Positions 1-8,401 of a stretch of DNA of 64,000 nt are shown in pieces. The stretch is taken from positions 7,012-71,011 of the forward strand of contig DATCLY010000043.1 in the NCBI GenBank assembly GCA_036563665.1. Reading direction: 5' to 3'. Within the stretch, counting starts at the first letter, position 1. Each line of letters starts with the position of its first letter. Both the position numbers and the translations under genes were made by a program. The stretch is from Gammaproteobacteria bacterium (lineage in GTDB: Bacteria; Pseudomonadota; Gammaproteobacteria; Steroidobacterales; Rariloculaceae). The notes beneath the pieces are model-generated. The model was given only the letters and a program-made list of their open reading frames with translations. It ran no database searches and was not told the origin of the DNA.

Positions 1-1643
1 CCGACCTCGCGCACCACCCGCACGGAGACCAGGTTCATCGATTCGACGAGAGCCTCGCGGAGCCGCGTCTCGCCGTGCCAACGGCCCGTGTAATTCTCCG
101 GCCGCCACACCGTCTCGAGCCCCGGATCGTACTGCGGCGGCAGCGGCGCATCGTTCACGATGCTCGCGGTGGTGAAGCCGTTCTCGAGCGCCGCCGAGTA
201 CACGAACGGCTTGAACGCGGAGCCGGGCTGGCGCTTCGACTGCACGGCGCGGTTGAAGTTGCTGAGCCCGAAGTCGATGCCGCCCGCGAGGGCCACGACG
301 GCGCCGTCCTGCGGGTCCACCGAGACGAAGGCGCCTTGCACGTCGGGCACCTGCGCGAGCCGCAGCTTGCCCTCCGAGTCCAGCCGGAAACGCACGATGT
401 CGCCCCGCGCGAGCACGTCCGTCACGGCCTGGGGCCGGGCACCGACCGCGTTGTCATTGATATAAGGGGCGGCCCAGGCGACCGCGTCGAGGCCGATCGT
501 CTGCACGCCGCGGCTGCGCAGGAACACGCGGGCGGAGTCCGGCTGCACGTCGAGCACGAGCGCCGTCTCGAAGCCGAGCAACGACGGGTAGTCGCCGAGC
601 AGCGCCGCCCACTCGCTTTCCGCCGCCGCCGCGTCGCCGCCCTCGTCCTCGGGCAGCGTCACGCGCGCCACCGGCCCGCGATAGCCGTGGCGCTCGTCGT
701 AGGCGATGAGCGCCTGGCGCACGGCGCGATTGGCCGCGGTCTGCAGGCGGCTGTCGATGGTCGTGGTGACCCTCAGGCCCGCGGTGTAGGCGGCGAGGCC
801 GAAGCGTCGCACCATCTCGGCGCGCACCATCTCGGCCACGTACGGGGCGTCGAGCTCGGTCTTCGGGCGGTGCAGCTTCGACAGGATGGGCTCGGCGAGC
901 GCCGCCTCGCGCTCCGCGTCCGTGATCATGCCGAGCTCCCACATGCGGCGCAGCACGTAGGCGCGCCGCGCCGCCGCGTTGGTGGGGCTCGACACGGGAT
1001 TCATGATGGACGGCCCCTGCGGAATGCCCGCGAGAATCGCCGCTTCCGACAGCGTGAGCTCGTGCAGGTCCTTGTCGAAATAGGTGCGCGCGGCCGCCAC
1101 CACGCCGTAGGAGCGCTGGCCGAAGAAGAAGGTGTTGAAGAAGAGCTCGAGGATCTGCTCCTTGGTGAGCTCGCGCTCGATCTGCAGCGCGAGGATCCAC
1201 TCCTTGAATTTCCGCACGACGGATAGTTCGCGCGACAGGAAATACTCCCGAGCCACCTGCTGGGTGATGGTGCTGCCGCCCGGCACCCGCTCGCCGCCCG
1301 TGCGGATGAAGTTGAAGACGGCTCGCGCCGTGCCCACGAAGTCGAGGCCCGGGTGCTCGAAGAAGCGATCGTCCTCGGCCGCGATGAGCGCGTCGATCAG
1401 CACCTGGGGGATGTCCTCGTAGGCAACCGGCGTGCGCCGCTGGTCGCCGAATTCCGCCATGAGCCGGCCGTCGCGGCTGTAGACGCGCAGCGGGATCTGG
1501 AACTGCACGTCGCGCAGCTCCTCGGCATTCGGCAGCGTGGGCGCAACATAGTAGTAGCCGCCGATCACGACCGCCGCCAAAGCGACTCCGCAGGCCGCCA
1601 AACCGGTCAAAAAAGCCAGCGGAATCCGTAGGTAATTACGCAT
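1..1643 (-). CDS. mrcA: Penicillin-binding protein 1A (transglycosylase/transpeptidase), truncated by the left window edge
   Basis: Manual translation from ATG at 1643: MRNYLRIPLAFLTGLAACGVALAAVVIGGYYYVAPTLPNAEELRDVQFQIPLRVYSRDG...AEDDRFFEHPGLD, with transglycosylase motifs GGSTITQQVAR and LSEAAILAGIPQGPS. Divergent from pilM, the usual arrangement. Absent from the ORF track because it runs off the edge. Confidence 0.95.
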   Translation of the reverse strand, partial: MRNYLRIPLAFLTGLAACGVALAAVVIGGYYYVAPTLPNAEELRDVQFQIPLRVYSRDGRLMAEFGDQRRTPVAYEDIPQVLIDALIAAEDDRFFEHPGLDFVGTARAVFNFIRTGGERVPGGSTITQQVAREYFLSRELSVVRKFKEWILALQIERELTKEQILELFFNTFFFGQRSYGVVAAARTYFDKDLHELTLSEAAILAGIPQGPSIMNPVSSPTNAAARRAYVLRRMWELGMITDAEREAALAEPILSKLHRPKTELDAPYVAEMVRAEMVRRFGLAAYTAGLRVTTTIDSRLQTAANRAVRQALIAYDERHGYRGPVARVTLPEDEGGDAAAAESEWAALLGDYPSLLGFETALVLDVQPDSARVFLRSRGVQTIGLDAVAWAAPYINDNAVGARPQAVTDVLARGDIVRFRLDSEGKLRLAQVPDVQGAFVSVDPQDGAVVALAGGIDFGLSNFNRAVQSKRQPGSAFKPFVYSAALENGFTTASIVNDAPLPPQYDPGLETVWRPENYTGRWHGETRLREALVESMNLVSVRVVREV

Positions 1644-1667
1644 TGCCAAATATGGATCCTACGCCCT

Positions 1668-1676
1668 TGCTAAGGT
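1668..1676 (+). promoter_or_regulatory. Candidate extended -10 promoter (TGC-TAAGGT) that would transcribe the riboswitch leader
   Basis: TGn followed by TAnnnT, predicting +1 near 1681-1683, just upstream of the aptamer. No good -35. Confidence 0.35.
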
Positions 1677-1688
1677 TGGGACCTTTGT

Positions 1689-1810
1689 GCATAGTCCGGC
1701 GCGTTGGGCAAACCCATCGAAAGGTGGGGACGCAAAGCCTCCGGTCTAAGGGCTGCATGCGGGAGCGGCTTCCAGCCGTCACCAGCCTAGGATAGCGGGG
1801 CTGCCGATGC
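1689..1810 (+). ncRNA. Cyclic di-GMP-I (GEMM-I) riboswitch aptamer in the pilM leader
   Basis: GGGCAAACCCATC-GAAA-GGTGGGGACGCAAAGCCTCCGGTCTAAG...TAGGATAGCGGGGCTGCCGATG follows the V. cholerae Vc2 aptamer (GGGCAAACCAUUCGAAAGAGUGGGACGCAAAGCCUCCGGCCUAAAC...GUAGGUAGCGGGGUUACCGAUGG) almost base for base. GAAA tetraloop and receptor, G20 (1707), A47 and C92 equivalents are present. Confidence 0.93.
1756..1783 (+). repeat. Degenerate REP-like copy inside the riboswitch variable loop
   Basis: GCGGGAGCGGCTTCCAGCCGT (1759-1779) versus the family GCGGGAGCGGCTTTCCAGCCGCGAT at 17191-17215. Confidence 0.6.
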
Positions 1811-1973
1811 AGTTGAACAGTGTCGCGTTTCCGAGACTGCTCGCCGCTTCGCAGCATTGCGAATCCTTTCCGCCCCTCGACCGAGTCCCTTGCCCACCGG
1901 AAATCCTGTTGCAACCGGGAGGTTCGTTGCACGCATGCTCGCTCGGCTCGAAATACGCTTCGGACCGCGCGCA

Positions 1974-2019
1974 TTAAGTGAGGCTGGTCACAACCTCCCG
2001 TGGCCGCATCGGTTATAGT
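1974..2019 (+). promoter_or_regulatory. CRP/Vfr/Clp-type box with downstream -10 (class II promoter geometry)
   Basis: AGTGA-GGCTGG-TCACA at 1977-1992 (one mismatch to TGTGA-N6-TCACA) and TATAGT at 2014-2019. The box centre falls at -41.5 relative to the predicted +1 (2026). Confidence 0.6.
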
Positions 2020-2085
2020 TAACCGGGGGACTTGAGAGCTCGTATAGGATTCTAACCCAACCGCCCGAGTTGGAAAGGAAAAGCC

Positions 2086-3147
2086 GTGTTCGCCAAGCGT
2101 AGACGGGGCTCCCTCATCGGCCTCGATATCACCACGTCCTCCGTGAAGCTGATCGAGCTCGCCGAGAGCGGCCGGGGCTATCGGGTCGAGGCGTACGCCG
2201 CCGAGCCCACGCCGCCGAACGCCGTCAATGACAAGACCATTGTGGACGCGGAAGCGGTGGGCGAGGCCATTCGTCGCGCGGTGAAGCGCTCCGGCACGAA
2301 GTCGCGCGAGTGCGCCATCGCCATCAGCGGCGACGCCGCGATCACGAAAGTGATCCAGATGCCCAAGAACCTGAGCGAGAACGAGCTCGAAGGCCAGGTG
2401 GAGCTGCAGGCCGATCAGTACATCCCCTTCCCGATGGAAGAGGTGAGCTTCGACTTCGAGGTGCTGGGCGAGAGCGAGCGCGATCCCGACATGATCGACG
2501 TGCTGCTCGTGGCCACCCGCACCGAGAACGTGGAGCAGCGCCAGGCAGCAGTCGAGGCCGCGGGCCTCATGGCGCGGGTCGTGGACGTGGAGGCGTTCGC
2601 GGTGGAGAACGCCTGCCAGCTGCTCACGCATCAGATGCCGGACGGCGGCGCGGACAAGTACATCGCCGTCGTGGACTTCGGCGCGAGCACCACGACCTTC
2701 AGCGTGCTGAAGAACCTCAAGATCATCTACACGCGCGACTTCGCGTTCGGCGGGCAGCAGCTCACCGAGGAGATCATGCGGACCTACGGGCTCAGCATGG
2801 AGGACGCGGGCCGCGCCAAGAAGGAGGGCGGCCTGCCGAGCAACTACCACTCCGAGGTGCTCGACGCCTTCATCGACGACATGTCGCAGCAGGTGAGCCG
2901 CTCGCTGCAGTTCTTCCTCGCCTCCGGCAGCGGCCGGGAGCAACCGGACCAGATTCTCGTGTGCGGCGGCTGCGCCAACATCCCGGGCGTGGCCGACGTG
3001 ATCGGCAGCCGTGTGGGCATCCCGACGGAGATCGGCGATCCGCTCGGCCAGATGAAAGTCTCGTCCCGAGCCAAGTCGATGGGTGTGGACAAGGACGCGA
3101 CGGCGCTCTTGACGGCGTGCGGGCTGGCGTTGAGGAGCTTCGACTGA
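2086..3147 (+). CDS. pilM: Type IV pilus assembly protein PilM
   Basis: IGLDITTSSVKLIEL actin-like N-terminus and ACGLALRSFD end. GTG start with GGAAAGGA SD. Confidence 0.97.
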   Translation: MFAKRRRGSLIGLDITTSSVKLIELAESGRGYRVEAYAAEPTPPNAVNDKTIVDAEAVGEAIRRAVKRSGTKSRECAIAISGDAAITKVIQMPKNLSENELEGQVELQADQYIPFPMEEVSFDFEVLGESERDPDMIDVLLVATRTENVEQRQAAVEAAGLMARVVDVEAFAVENACQLLTHQMPDGGADKYIAVVDFGASTTTFSVLKNLKIIYTRDFAFGGQQLTEEIMRTYGLSMEDAGRAKKEGGLPSNYHSEVLDAFIDDMSQQVSRSLQFFLASGSGREQPDQILVCGGCANIPGVADVIGSRVGIPTEIGDPLGQMKVSSRAKSMGVDKDATALLTACGLALRSFD

Positions 3148-3148
3148 C

Positions 3149-3739
3149 ATGCCAAGAATCAACCTACTCCCGTGGCGCGCAGAGCTGCGCCAGCGGCGTA
3201 AGAAAGAGTTCTTCACGGCCCTGCTCGCCACCGTGCTCTTCGGAGGCCTCTTGGTCTACGCCTCGAAGCTCACGGTGCAGGGCTGGATCTCCACGCAGAA
3301 CAAGCGCAACGAGCTGCTGCGCACCGAGATCGCCGAGCTAGAGCGGCAGATCAAGGAGATCGAGAACCTCGAGACGCAGAAGGCGCGCCTGATCGCCCGC
3401 ATGGAGATCATCGACCGCCTGCAGCGCTCGCGGCCCGAGGTGGTCCACCTCTTCGACGAGATCGTGAACGCGGTGCCGGAAGGCGTGTACCTCACGCAAG
3501 TCACCCAGAGCGACTCGCGCATCCAGATCAAGGGCATGGCGGAATCGAGCACGCGCGTGTCCACCTTCATGCGCAACATCGACAACTCCGAGCACCTGCG
3601 TGACCCGGGCCTCGACGTGGTGGAGACCGTCTCCAGCGGGCCCGGCCGCAGCTCGCAGTTCACGATCTTCGCCAGGCAGGTGCCGATGGCGGAGGAGGAA
3701 CCGGCTGAGGCCCAGACAACGGCGAGGGCGCGGCGATGA
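3149..3739 (+). CDS. pilN: Type IV pilus assembly protein PilN
   Basis: MPRINLLPWR signature (INLLP motif); operon position. Confidence 0.97.
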   Translation: MPRINLLPWRAELRQRRKKEFFTALLATVLFGGLLVYASKLTVQGWISTQNKRNELLRTEIAELERQIKEIENLETQKARLIARMEIIDRLQRSRPEVVHLFDEIVNAVPEGVYLTQVTQSDSRIQIKGMAESSTRVSTFMRNIDNSEHLRDPGLDVVETVSSGPGRSSQFTIFARQVPMAEEEPAEAQTTARARR

Positions 3740-4335
3740 ACATCATCGAAGAACTTCGAACGCTCGACGTCAACGATCCCGGCCGTTGGCCGCTCCCGAT
3801 CCGTATCGGCGCGCTCGTTCTCGCCTTCATCGCCGTGGTCGCGTTCGGCGTGTACATGTTCGTGGTGAAGACCGACATGCCGATCCTCGAGCGCGCGCAG
3901 CAGGACGAGCGCACGCTGCGCGCGACGTTCGAGGAGCGGCAGCGCAAGGCGGCCAACTTCGACGCCTACCGGGCGCAGCTCGCGGAGATCGAGCGGTCGT
4001 TCGGCGCGATGCTCCGGCAGCTGCCCGGCAAGACCGAGGTGCCGAGCCTGCTGGTGGACATCTCGCAGACCGGCCTCGGCGCCGGCCTCGAGGAGAAGCT
4101 CTTCCAGCCGCTCGGCGAGATCCAGAAGGACTTCTACGCCGAGCTGCCGATCAAGATCAGGCTCACCGGCAGCTATCACGAGTTCGGCGACTTCGTGAGC
4201 GGCATCGCGGCGCTGCCGCGCATCGTGACGCTGCACGACATCTCCATCACCCCGGTCGGGAACGGCACTTTCGACGAGCTCCAGCTCGACGTGACGGCGA
4301 AGACTTATCGATACCTCGAAGAGGAAGGGGCATAG
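3736..4335 (+). CDS. pilO: Type IV pilus assembly protein PilO
   Basis: PGRWPLPIR, MLRQLPGKTEVPSLLVDISQTG, FYAELPI, ALPRIVTLHD and AKTYRY motifs; ATGA overlap with pilN. Confidence 0.96.
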   Translation: MNIIEELRTLDVNDPGRWPLPIRIGALVLAFIAVVAFGVYMFVVKTDMPILERAQQDERTLRATFEERQRKAANFDAYRAQLAEIERSFGAMLRQLPGKTEVPSLLVDISQTGLGAGLEEKLFQPLGEIQKDFYAELPIKIRLTGSYHEFGDFVSGIAALPRIVTLHDISITPVGNGTFDELQLDVTAKTYRYLEEEGA

Positions 4336-4337
4336 CC

Positions 4338-4913
4338 ATGAGAGGCACGCGAACCCCCGCCGGTGCGCCCGCACGCAGTGCGAATCGCGTGTGCGCCGCG
4401 CTAGCACCCTCGCGCCCGTGGCGGGCCATCGCCGCGCTCGCGCTCACGGCCGCTCTGGCCGGCTGCGGCAACGACATGGACGACCTGCGCGCCTACATCG
4501 ACGAGGTGAAGGCGCGCCCCGGCGGCCGCATCGAGCCGCTGCCCGAGATTCGCCCGGCGCCGAGCTTCGTGTACGAGGCCGGCAACCGCCGCTCGCCGTT
4601 CGTGCCCGACCGGCCGCAGCGGCGCATCGATCCCGACAACCCGGGCGTGCCGGGCCCGGATCCCGACCGTCCGCCCGAGTTCCTGGAGCAGTTCCCGCTC
4701 GACACGCTGCGCATGGTGGGCACGTTGAACAACTACGGCCTCGTGCGCACGAGCGACGGCCGCGTCCACCGCGTCACGGTGGGCAATCACATGGGCCAGA
4801 ACTACGGGCGCATCACCGCGATCACCGAGTCCGAGATCCGGCTGGTGGAAATCGTCCCCGACGGCTTGGGCGGCTACCTCGAGCGCCCGGCCGCCGTCGG
4901 GCTGGCCGATTGA
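4338..4913 (+). CDS. pilP: Type IV pilus lipoprotein PilP
   Basis: C-terminal part of ORF 3600..4913 from ATG 4338. Lipobox LAGC, then PGGRIEPLP, RRSPF, EFLEQFPLDTLRMVGT and GNHMGQNYG. Confidence 0.93.
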   Translation: MRGTRTPAGAPARSANRVCAALAPSRPWRAIAALALTAALAGCGNDMDDLRAYIDEVKARPGGRIEPLPEIRPAPSFVYEAGNRRSPFVPDRPQRRIDPDNPGVPGPDPDRPPEFLEQFPLDTLRMVGTLNNYGLVRTSDGRVHRVTVGNHMGQNYGRITAITESEIRLVEIVPDGLGGYLERPAAVGLAD

Positions 4914-4937
4914 GCACCGGGCCACAGGTTTTAGGGA

Positions 4938-7070
4938 GTGAACCTTATGAATGAGTCAACTGCCGGCCGGCTCCGCCGGATCGTCGCGACCGCGGGCCTG
5001 CTCGCGAGCGCGGTTTTCTCCTGGTCCGCCGTGCAGGCGCAGAGCTTGCGCCTCGAAGCGATCGACGTGCAGCCGCTTCCCGGGCAGCAAGTCGAGCTCC
5101 GGCTGCGGCTGAACGGTAACGCGCCCGAGCCGTTGTCGTTCACCGTGGACGATCCGGCCAGGATCACCCTCGACCTGCCGGGCACCAGCATCGGCATGTC
5201 GTCGCGCCGCCGCGACGTGAACGTGGGGCCGGTCAACTCCGTGCTCCTGGCGGAGGCGGACGGCCGCACGCGCGTGGTGCTCAACATGTCGGCCCTGGCG
5301 CCCTATCAGACGCGGGTGGCGGGCGACAGCGTGTATGTCACCGTCGGCCAGGGGGTCGCGGCCTCGGCGCCGCCCTCGTTCGCGGGCCAGCCGTCGCGCG
5401 CCACCGCGGGCAGCGGCGGCGTCGTCGCGCAGGGGCCGCGGGCCATCAACAACATCGACTTCCGGCGCGGCCCCGACGGCGCCGGGCAGATCGTCGTGGA
5501 CCTGTCCGACCCGCGCACCACGGTGGACGTGCGGCAGGAAGGCGGCCGCATCGTGGTCGACTTCCAGGACACGACGCTGCCGACCGAGCTCATGCGGCGG
5601 CTCGACGTGACCGACTTCGCGACGCCGGTGTCGACGGTGGATGCGCTGCGCAGCGGCAGCAACGCCCGCCTCGTGGTGACGCCATCGGCCGACTACGAGC
5701 AGCTCGCTTACCAGTCGGACAACGTGTTCACCCTGGAGCTCAAGCCGCCGGTCGAGCAGGAGCGGGAGCCGGGCCTGTTCGACGAGACGAAGGAGTACAC
5801 GGGTGAGCGGCTCACCCTGAACTTCCAGGACATCGAGACGCGCGCGGTGCTGCAGCTGCTCGCCGAGACCAGCGGCCTCAACATCGTCGTGAGCGACACC
5901 GTGCAGGGCAGCGTGACGCTGCGCCTGCAGAACGTGCCGTGGGACCAGGCCCTGGACATCCTCATGACGACCAAGGGCCTCGACATGCGCCGCAACGGCA
6001 ACGTGATGATCGTGGCGCCGGCGGCAGAGATCGCGGCCCGCGAGCAAGCGGAGCTGCAGGCGCGCCAGGCCCTGCAGACGCTCGAGCCGCTGCGTTCCGA
6101 GTTCATCCAGGTGAACTACGCGAAGGCTTCGGAGATCGCCGACTTGATCCGCGGCAGCGGCGGCAAGCCGCTGCTCTCGGAACGGGGTAGCGTCGCCATC
6201 GACGCCCGCACCAACACGCTGCTCGTGCACGACACGAGCGAGAGCCTGGCGAACATCCGCCGGCTCGTGCAGACGCTCGACATCCCCGTGCGTCAGGTGC
6301 TGATCGAGTCGCGCATCGTCATCGTCAACGACGACTACCGGCGCGAGCTCGGCTCGCGCTTCGGCATCACCACGCGCGACGACAACGACCGGCTCGTCGG
6401 CTTCACCGGCAGCGGCTCCGGGGCGAGCCAGCTGCTCACGAATCCGACGCTGACGAGCGTGCCGCTCAGCTCCCGCTACAACGTGAACCTGCCGATCGCG
6501 AGCCCCGCCGGCCAGTTCGGGCTCGCCATCCTGAACGGCGACTACCTCGTGGACCTCGAGCTGTCGGCGCTGCAGGCGGAAGGCAAGGGACGCATCGAGT
6601 CCATGCCGCGCGTCATCACGGCGAACGGCCGCGAGGCGCGCATCGAGCAGGGCGTGGAGATCCCCTATCAGGAGTCCTCGTCGAGCGGCGCCACCACCAC
6701 CCAGTTCAAGGAGGCCGTGCTGTCGCTCACCGTGACGCCGCAGATCACGCCGGACGACCGGATCATCATGGATCTGCTGGTCACCAAGGACTCCGTGGGC
6801 GACGTGGTGCCGAGCGCCACGGGCGGCTTCGTGCCGAGCATCGACACGCGCTCCATCACGACCCAGGTGCTGGTCGACGACGGCGACACCGTCGTGCTCG
6901 GCGGCATCTACGAGAACGAGCGTCGCGACGACGAGAACAAGGTGCCTGTGCTCGGCAACATCCCCGGCATCGGCTACCTGTTCCGGAGCCGCAGCCGCGT
7001 GGACGCCAACGCGGAGCTCCTGATCTTCGTCACGCCCAAGATCCTGCGCGAGGGCGCGCGGGTCAACTGA
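4938..7070 (+). CDS. pilQ: Type IV pilus secretin PilQ
   Basis: Signal peptide, AMIN-like N-terminus, YTGERLTLNFQDIETRAVLQLLA, VPWDQALD, secretin C-domain KVPVLGNIPGIGYLF and ELLIFVTPKI. Start may be GTG 4938 or ATG 4947. Confidence 0.97.
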   Translation: MNLMNESTAGRLRRIVATAGLLASAVFSWSAVQAQSLRLEAIDVQPLPGQQVELRLRLNGNAPEPLSFTVDDPARITLDLPGTSIGMSSRRRDVNVGPVNSVLLAEADGRTRVVLNMSALAPYQTRVAGDSVYVTVGQGVAASAPPSFAGQPSRATAGSGGVVAQGPRAINNIDFRRGPDGAGQIVVDLSDPRTTVDVRQEGGRIVVDFQDTTLPTELMRRLDVTDFATPVSTVDALRSGSNARLVVTPSADYEQLAYQSDNVFTLELKPPVEQEREPGLFDETKEYTGERLTLNFQDIETRAVLQLLAETSGLNIVVSDTVQGSVTLRLQNVPWDQALDILMTTKGLDMRRNGNVMIVAPAAEIAAREQAELQARQALQTLEPLRSEFIQVNYAKASEIADLIRGSGGKPLLSERGSVAIDARTNTLLVHDTSESLANIRRLVQTLDIPVRQVLIESRIVIVNDDYRRELGSRFGITTRDDNDRLVGFTGSGSGASQLLTNPTLTSVPLSSRYNVNLPIASPAGQFGLAILNGDYLVDLELSALQAEGKGRIESMPRVITANGREARIEQGVEIPYQESSSSGATTTQFKEAVLSLTVTPQITPDDRIIMDLLVTKDSVGDVVPSATGGFVPSIDTRSITTQVLVDDGDTVVLGGIYENERRDDENKVPVLGNIPGIGYLFRSRSRVDANAELLIFVTPKILREGARVN

Positions 7071-7078
7071 TCCGAGGT

Positions 7079-7123
7079 GCTCCCGGCGGGACGATCGTGC
7101 AAGCCGGTCGTCCCGCCGGGAGC
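7079..7123. terminator. 16-bp perfect GC-rich hairpin after pilQ (terminator, pause or mRNA-stabilising element)
   Basis: GCTCCCGGCGGGACGA (7079-7094) / TCGTCCCGCCGGGAGC (7108-7123). No U-tract. Confidence 0.45.
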
Positions 7124-7171
7124 CGAAGCCCCGCCCCGCGGCCACGCACTCGTCATAATGTGGCCGCCCCA

Positions 7172-7239
7172 CCGCTCGTCGGCCCGCCCGCGCCGCTCAT
7201 CGGGCGAGCCGCCGCACAGCCAGACACCCCTCGTATAGT
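7172..7239 (+). promoter_or_regulatory. Putative LytTR (AlgR-like) activated promoter of the minor pilin operon
   Basis: Direct repeats CCGCTCGTC (7172-7180) and CCGCTCATC (7193-7201) with a 12-bp spacer, resembling the AlgR box CCGTTCGTC. -10 TATAGT at 7234-7239; no -35. Confidence 0.5.
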
Positions 7240-7246
7240 CGCCGCC

Positions 7247-7900
7247 ATGAGCATGCGAGAACAGCGCGGTTTCACTTTGTGGGAACTGATGGTGGCCGTA
7301 GCCGTCGCCGGCGTGGTGCTGGGCATCGGCATTCCCAGCTTCCGCGAGTTCCAGCGCAACAGCGCGATGGCGAGCGCCGCCAACGAGCTCGTCACGGCCG
7401 CGCTGCTCGCGCGCGCCGAGGCCGTCAAGAGGCAGGTGCCGGTGACGCTCTGCCTGAGCACGAGCTTCGATCAGGCCTCGCCCGCATGCGACGACGCGGC
7501 GGCCGCCAACAGCTCCACGGCGGGCTTCATCGTCTGGGTGGACGAAAGCGGGCCCCGGGATGCCAACGGCAGCCCCGTGATCACGGATGCAACCGATGGC
7601 AATCACGAGGTGGACGCGGGCGAGACCGAGATCCTGCGCCGCAGCCCGCCGCCGGGCGGCGCCATCACCATTTCGGCCGACGCAGGATTCGTCACCTACA
7701 TGCCGAGCGGCTATCCGCGCCGGCCTTTCGACGGTCGAGTGGTGCTCTTCTGCGACGACCGCGGCAACCGCGCCGCAGCCGGGCAGTCGAGCGCGCGCGC
7801 CGTGCGCATCGACGCCACGGGCCGGGCGCAGGTCTTCTCCGAGATCGACGACATCAGCGCCGCGCTCGCCGACATCGGCGGCGGAGCCGCTTGCCCTTGA
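7247..7900 (+). CDS. fimT: FimT/FimU (GspH-like) minor pilin
   Basis: Class III prepilin site QRG|FTLWELM, then IGIPSF and ARAEAVKRQVPVTLC. Start trimmed from ORF 7097 to ATG 7247. Confidence 0.9.
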   Translation: MSMREQRGFTLWELMVAVAVAGVVLGIGIPSFREFQRNSAMASAANELVTAALLARAEAVKRQVPVTLCLSTSFDQASPACDDAAAANSSTAGFIVWVDESGPRDANGSPVITDATDGNHEVDAGETEILRRSPPPGGAITISADAGFVTYMPSGYPRRPFDGRVVLFCDDRGNRAAAGQSSARAVRIDATGRAQVFSEIDDISAALADIGGGAACP

Positions 7901-7924
7901 TCCACTGAGCGACGCAGTCGAGTC

Positions 7925-8398
7925 ATGCAACGAGAACGTGGACGATTTCCGACGGGCCACCGCGGCTTCAGCCTGATCGAGGTGATGGTGGCGCTGCTCG
8001 TGTTGTCGGTCGGGCTGCTCGGCATCGCCGCGCTGCACGGGCAAGGGCTCGGCGCGAGCCGCGTCGCCATGTACCGCACGGTGGCGGTCAACCTCGCGGC
8101 CGACATGGCGGAACGCATTCGCGTCAACCGGCTCGGCGGCGGCGCGTACGGCGGCTCGCCGGCCGACAACGAATGCGACCCTCAAACGGGCAGCGGGGTC
8201 GATTGCACGCCGGCCGAGATGGCCGCGCACGACCTCTTCGTCTGGCAGGAGCAGGTCGCGGAGCAGCTGCCGAACGGTTCCGGCGAGGTGCAGTTCGCCG
8301 CCGGCACGCCGCCGACGTACACGATCACCGTGACGTGGGACGAGACCGGCATCGGCGAGACGTCGTACACGACTACCATCGAAGTTCCGGATATCTAG
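7925..8398 (+). CDS. pilV: Minor pilin PilV
   Basis: HRG|FSLIEVMVALLVLSVGLLGIAAL, AADMAERIRVN, DLFVWQ and LPNGSG motifs. Confidence 0.93.
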   Translation: MQRERGRFPTGHRGFSLIEVMVALLVLSVGLLGIAALHGQGLGASRVAMYRTVAVNLAADMAERIRVNRLGGGAYGGSPADNECDPQTGSGVDCTPAEMAAHDLFVWQEQVAEQLPNGSGEVQFAAGTPPTYTITVTWDETGIGETSYTTTIEVPDI

Positions 8399-8401
8399 GC
8401 C

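Noticed and set aside
1667-1695. Promoter TTGCTA-N17-CATAGT for the riboswitch transcript
   Set aside because: Its +1 (about 1702) would cut into the aptamer P1 strand; the extended -10 at 1668-1676 fits better. Neither is proven.
1689-1810. Riboswitch as the cGAMP-sensing GEMM-Ib variant
   Set aside because: The position-20 equivalent is G, not A.
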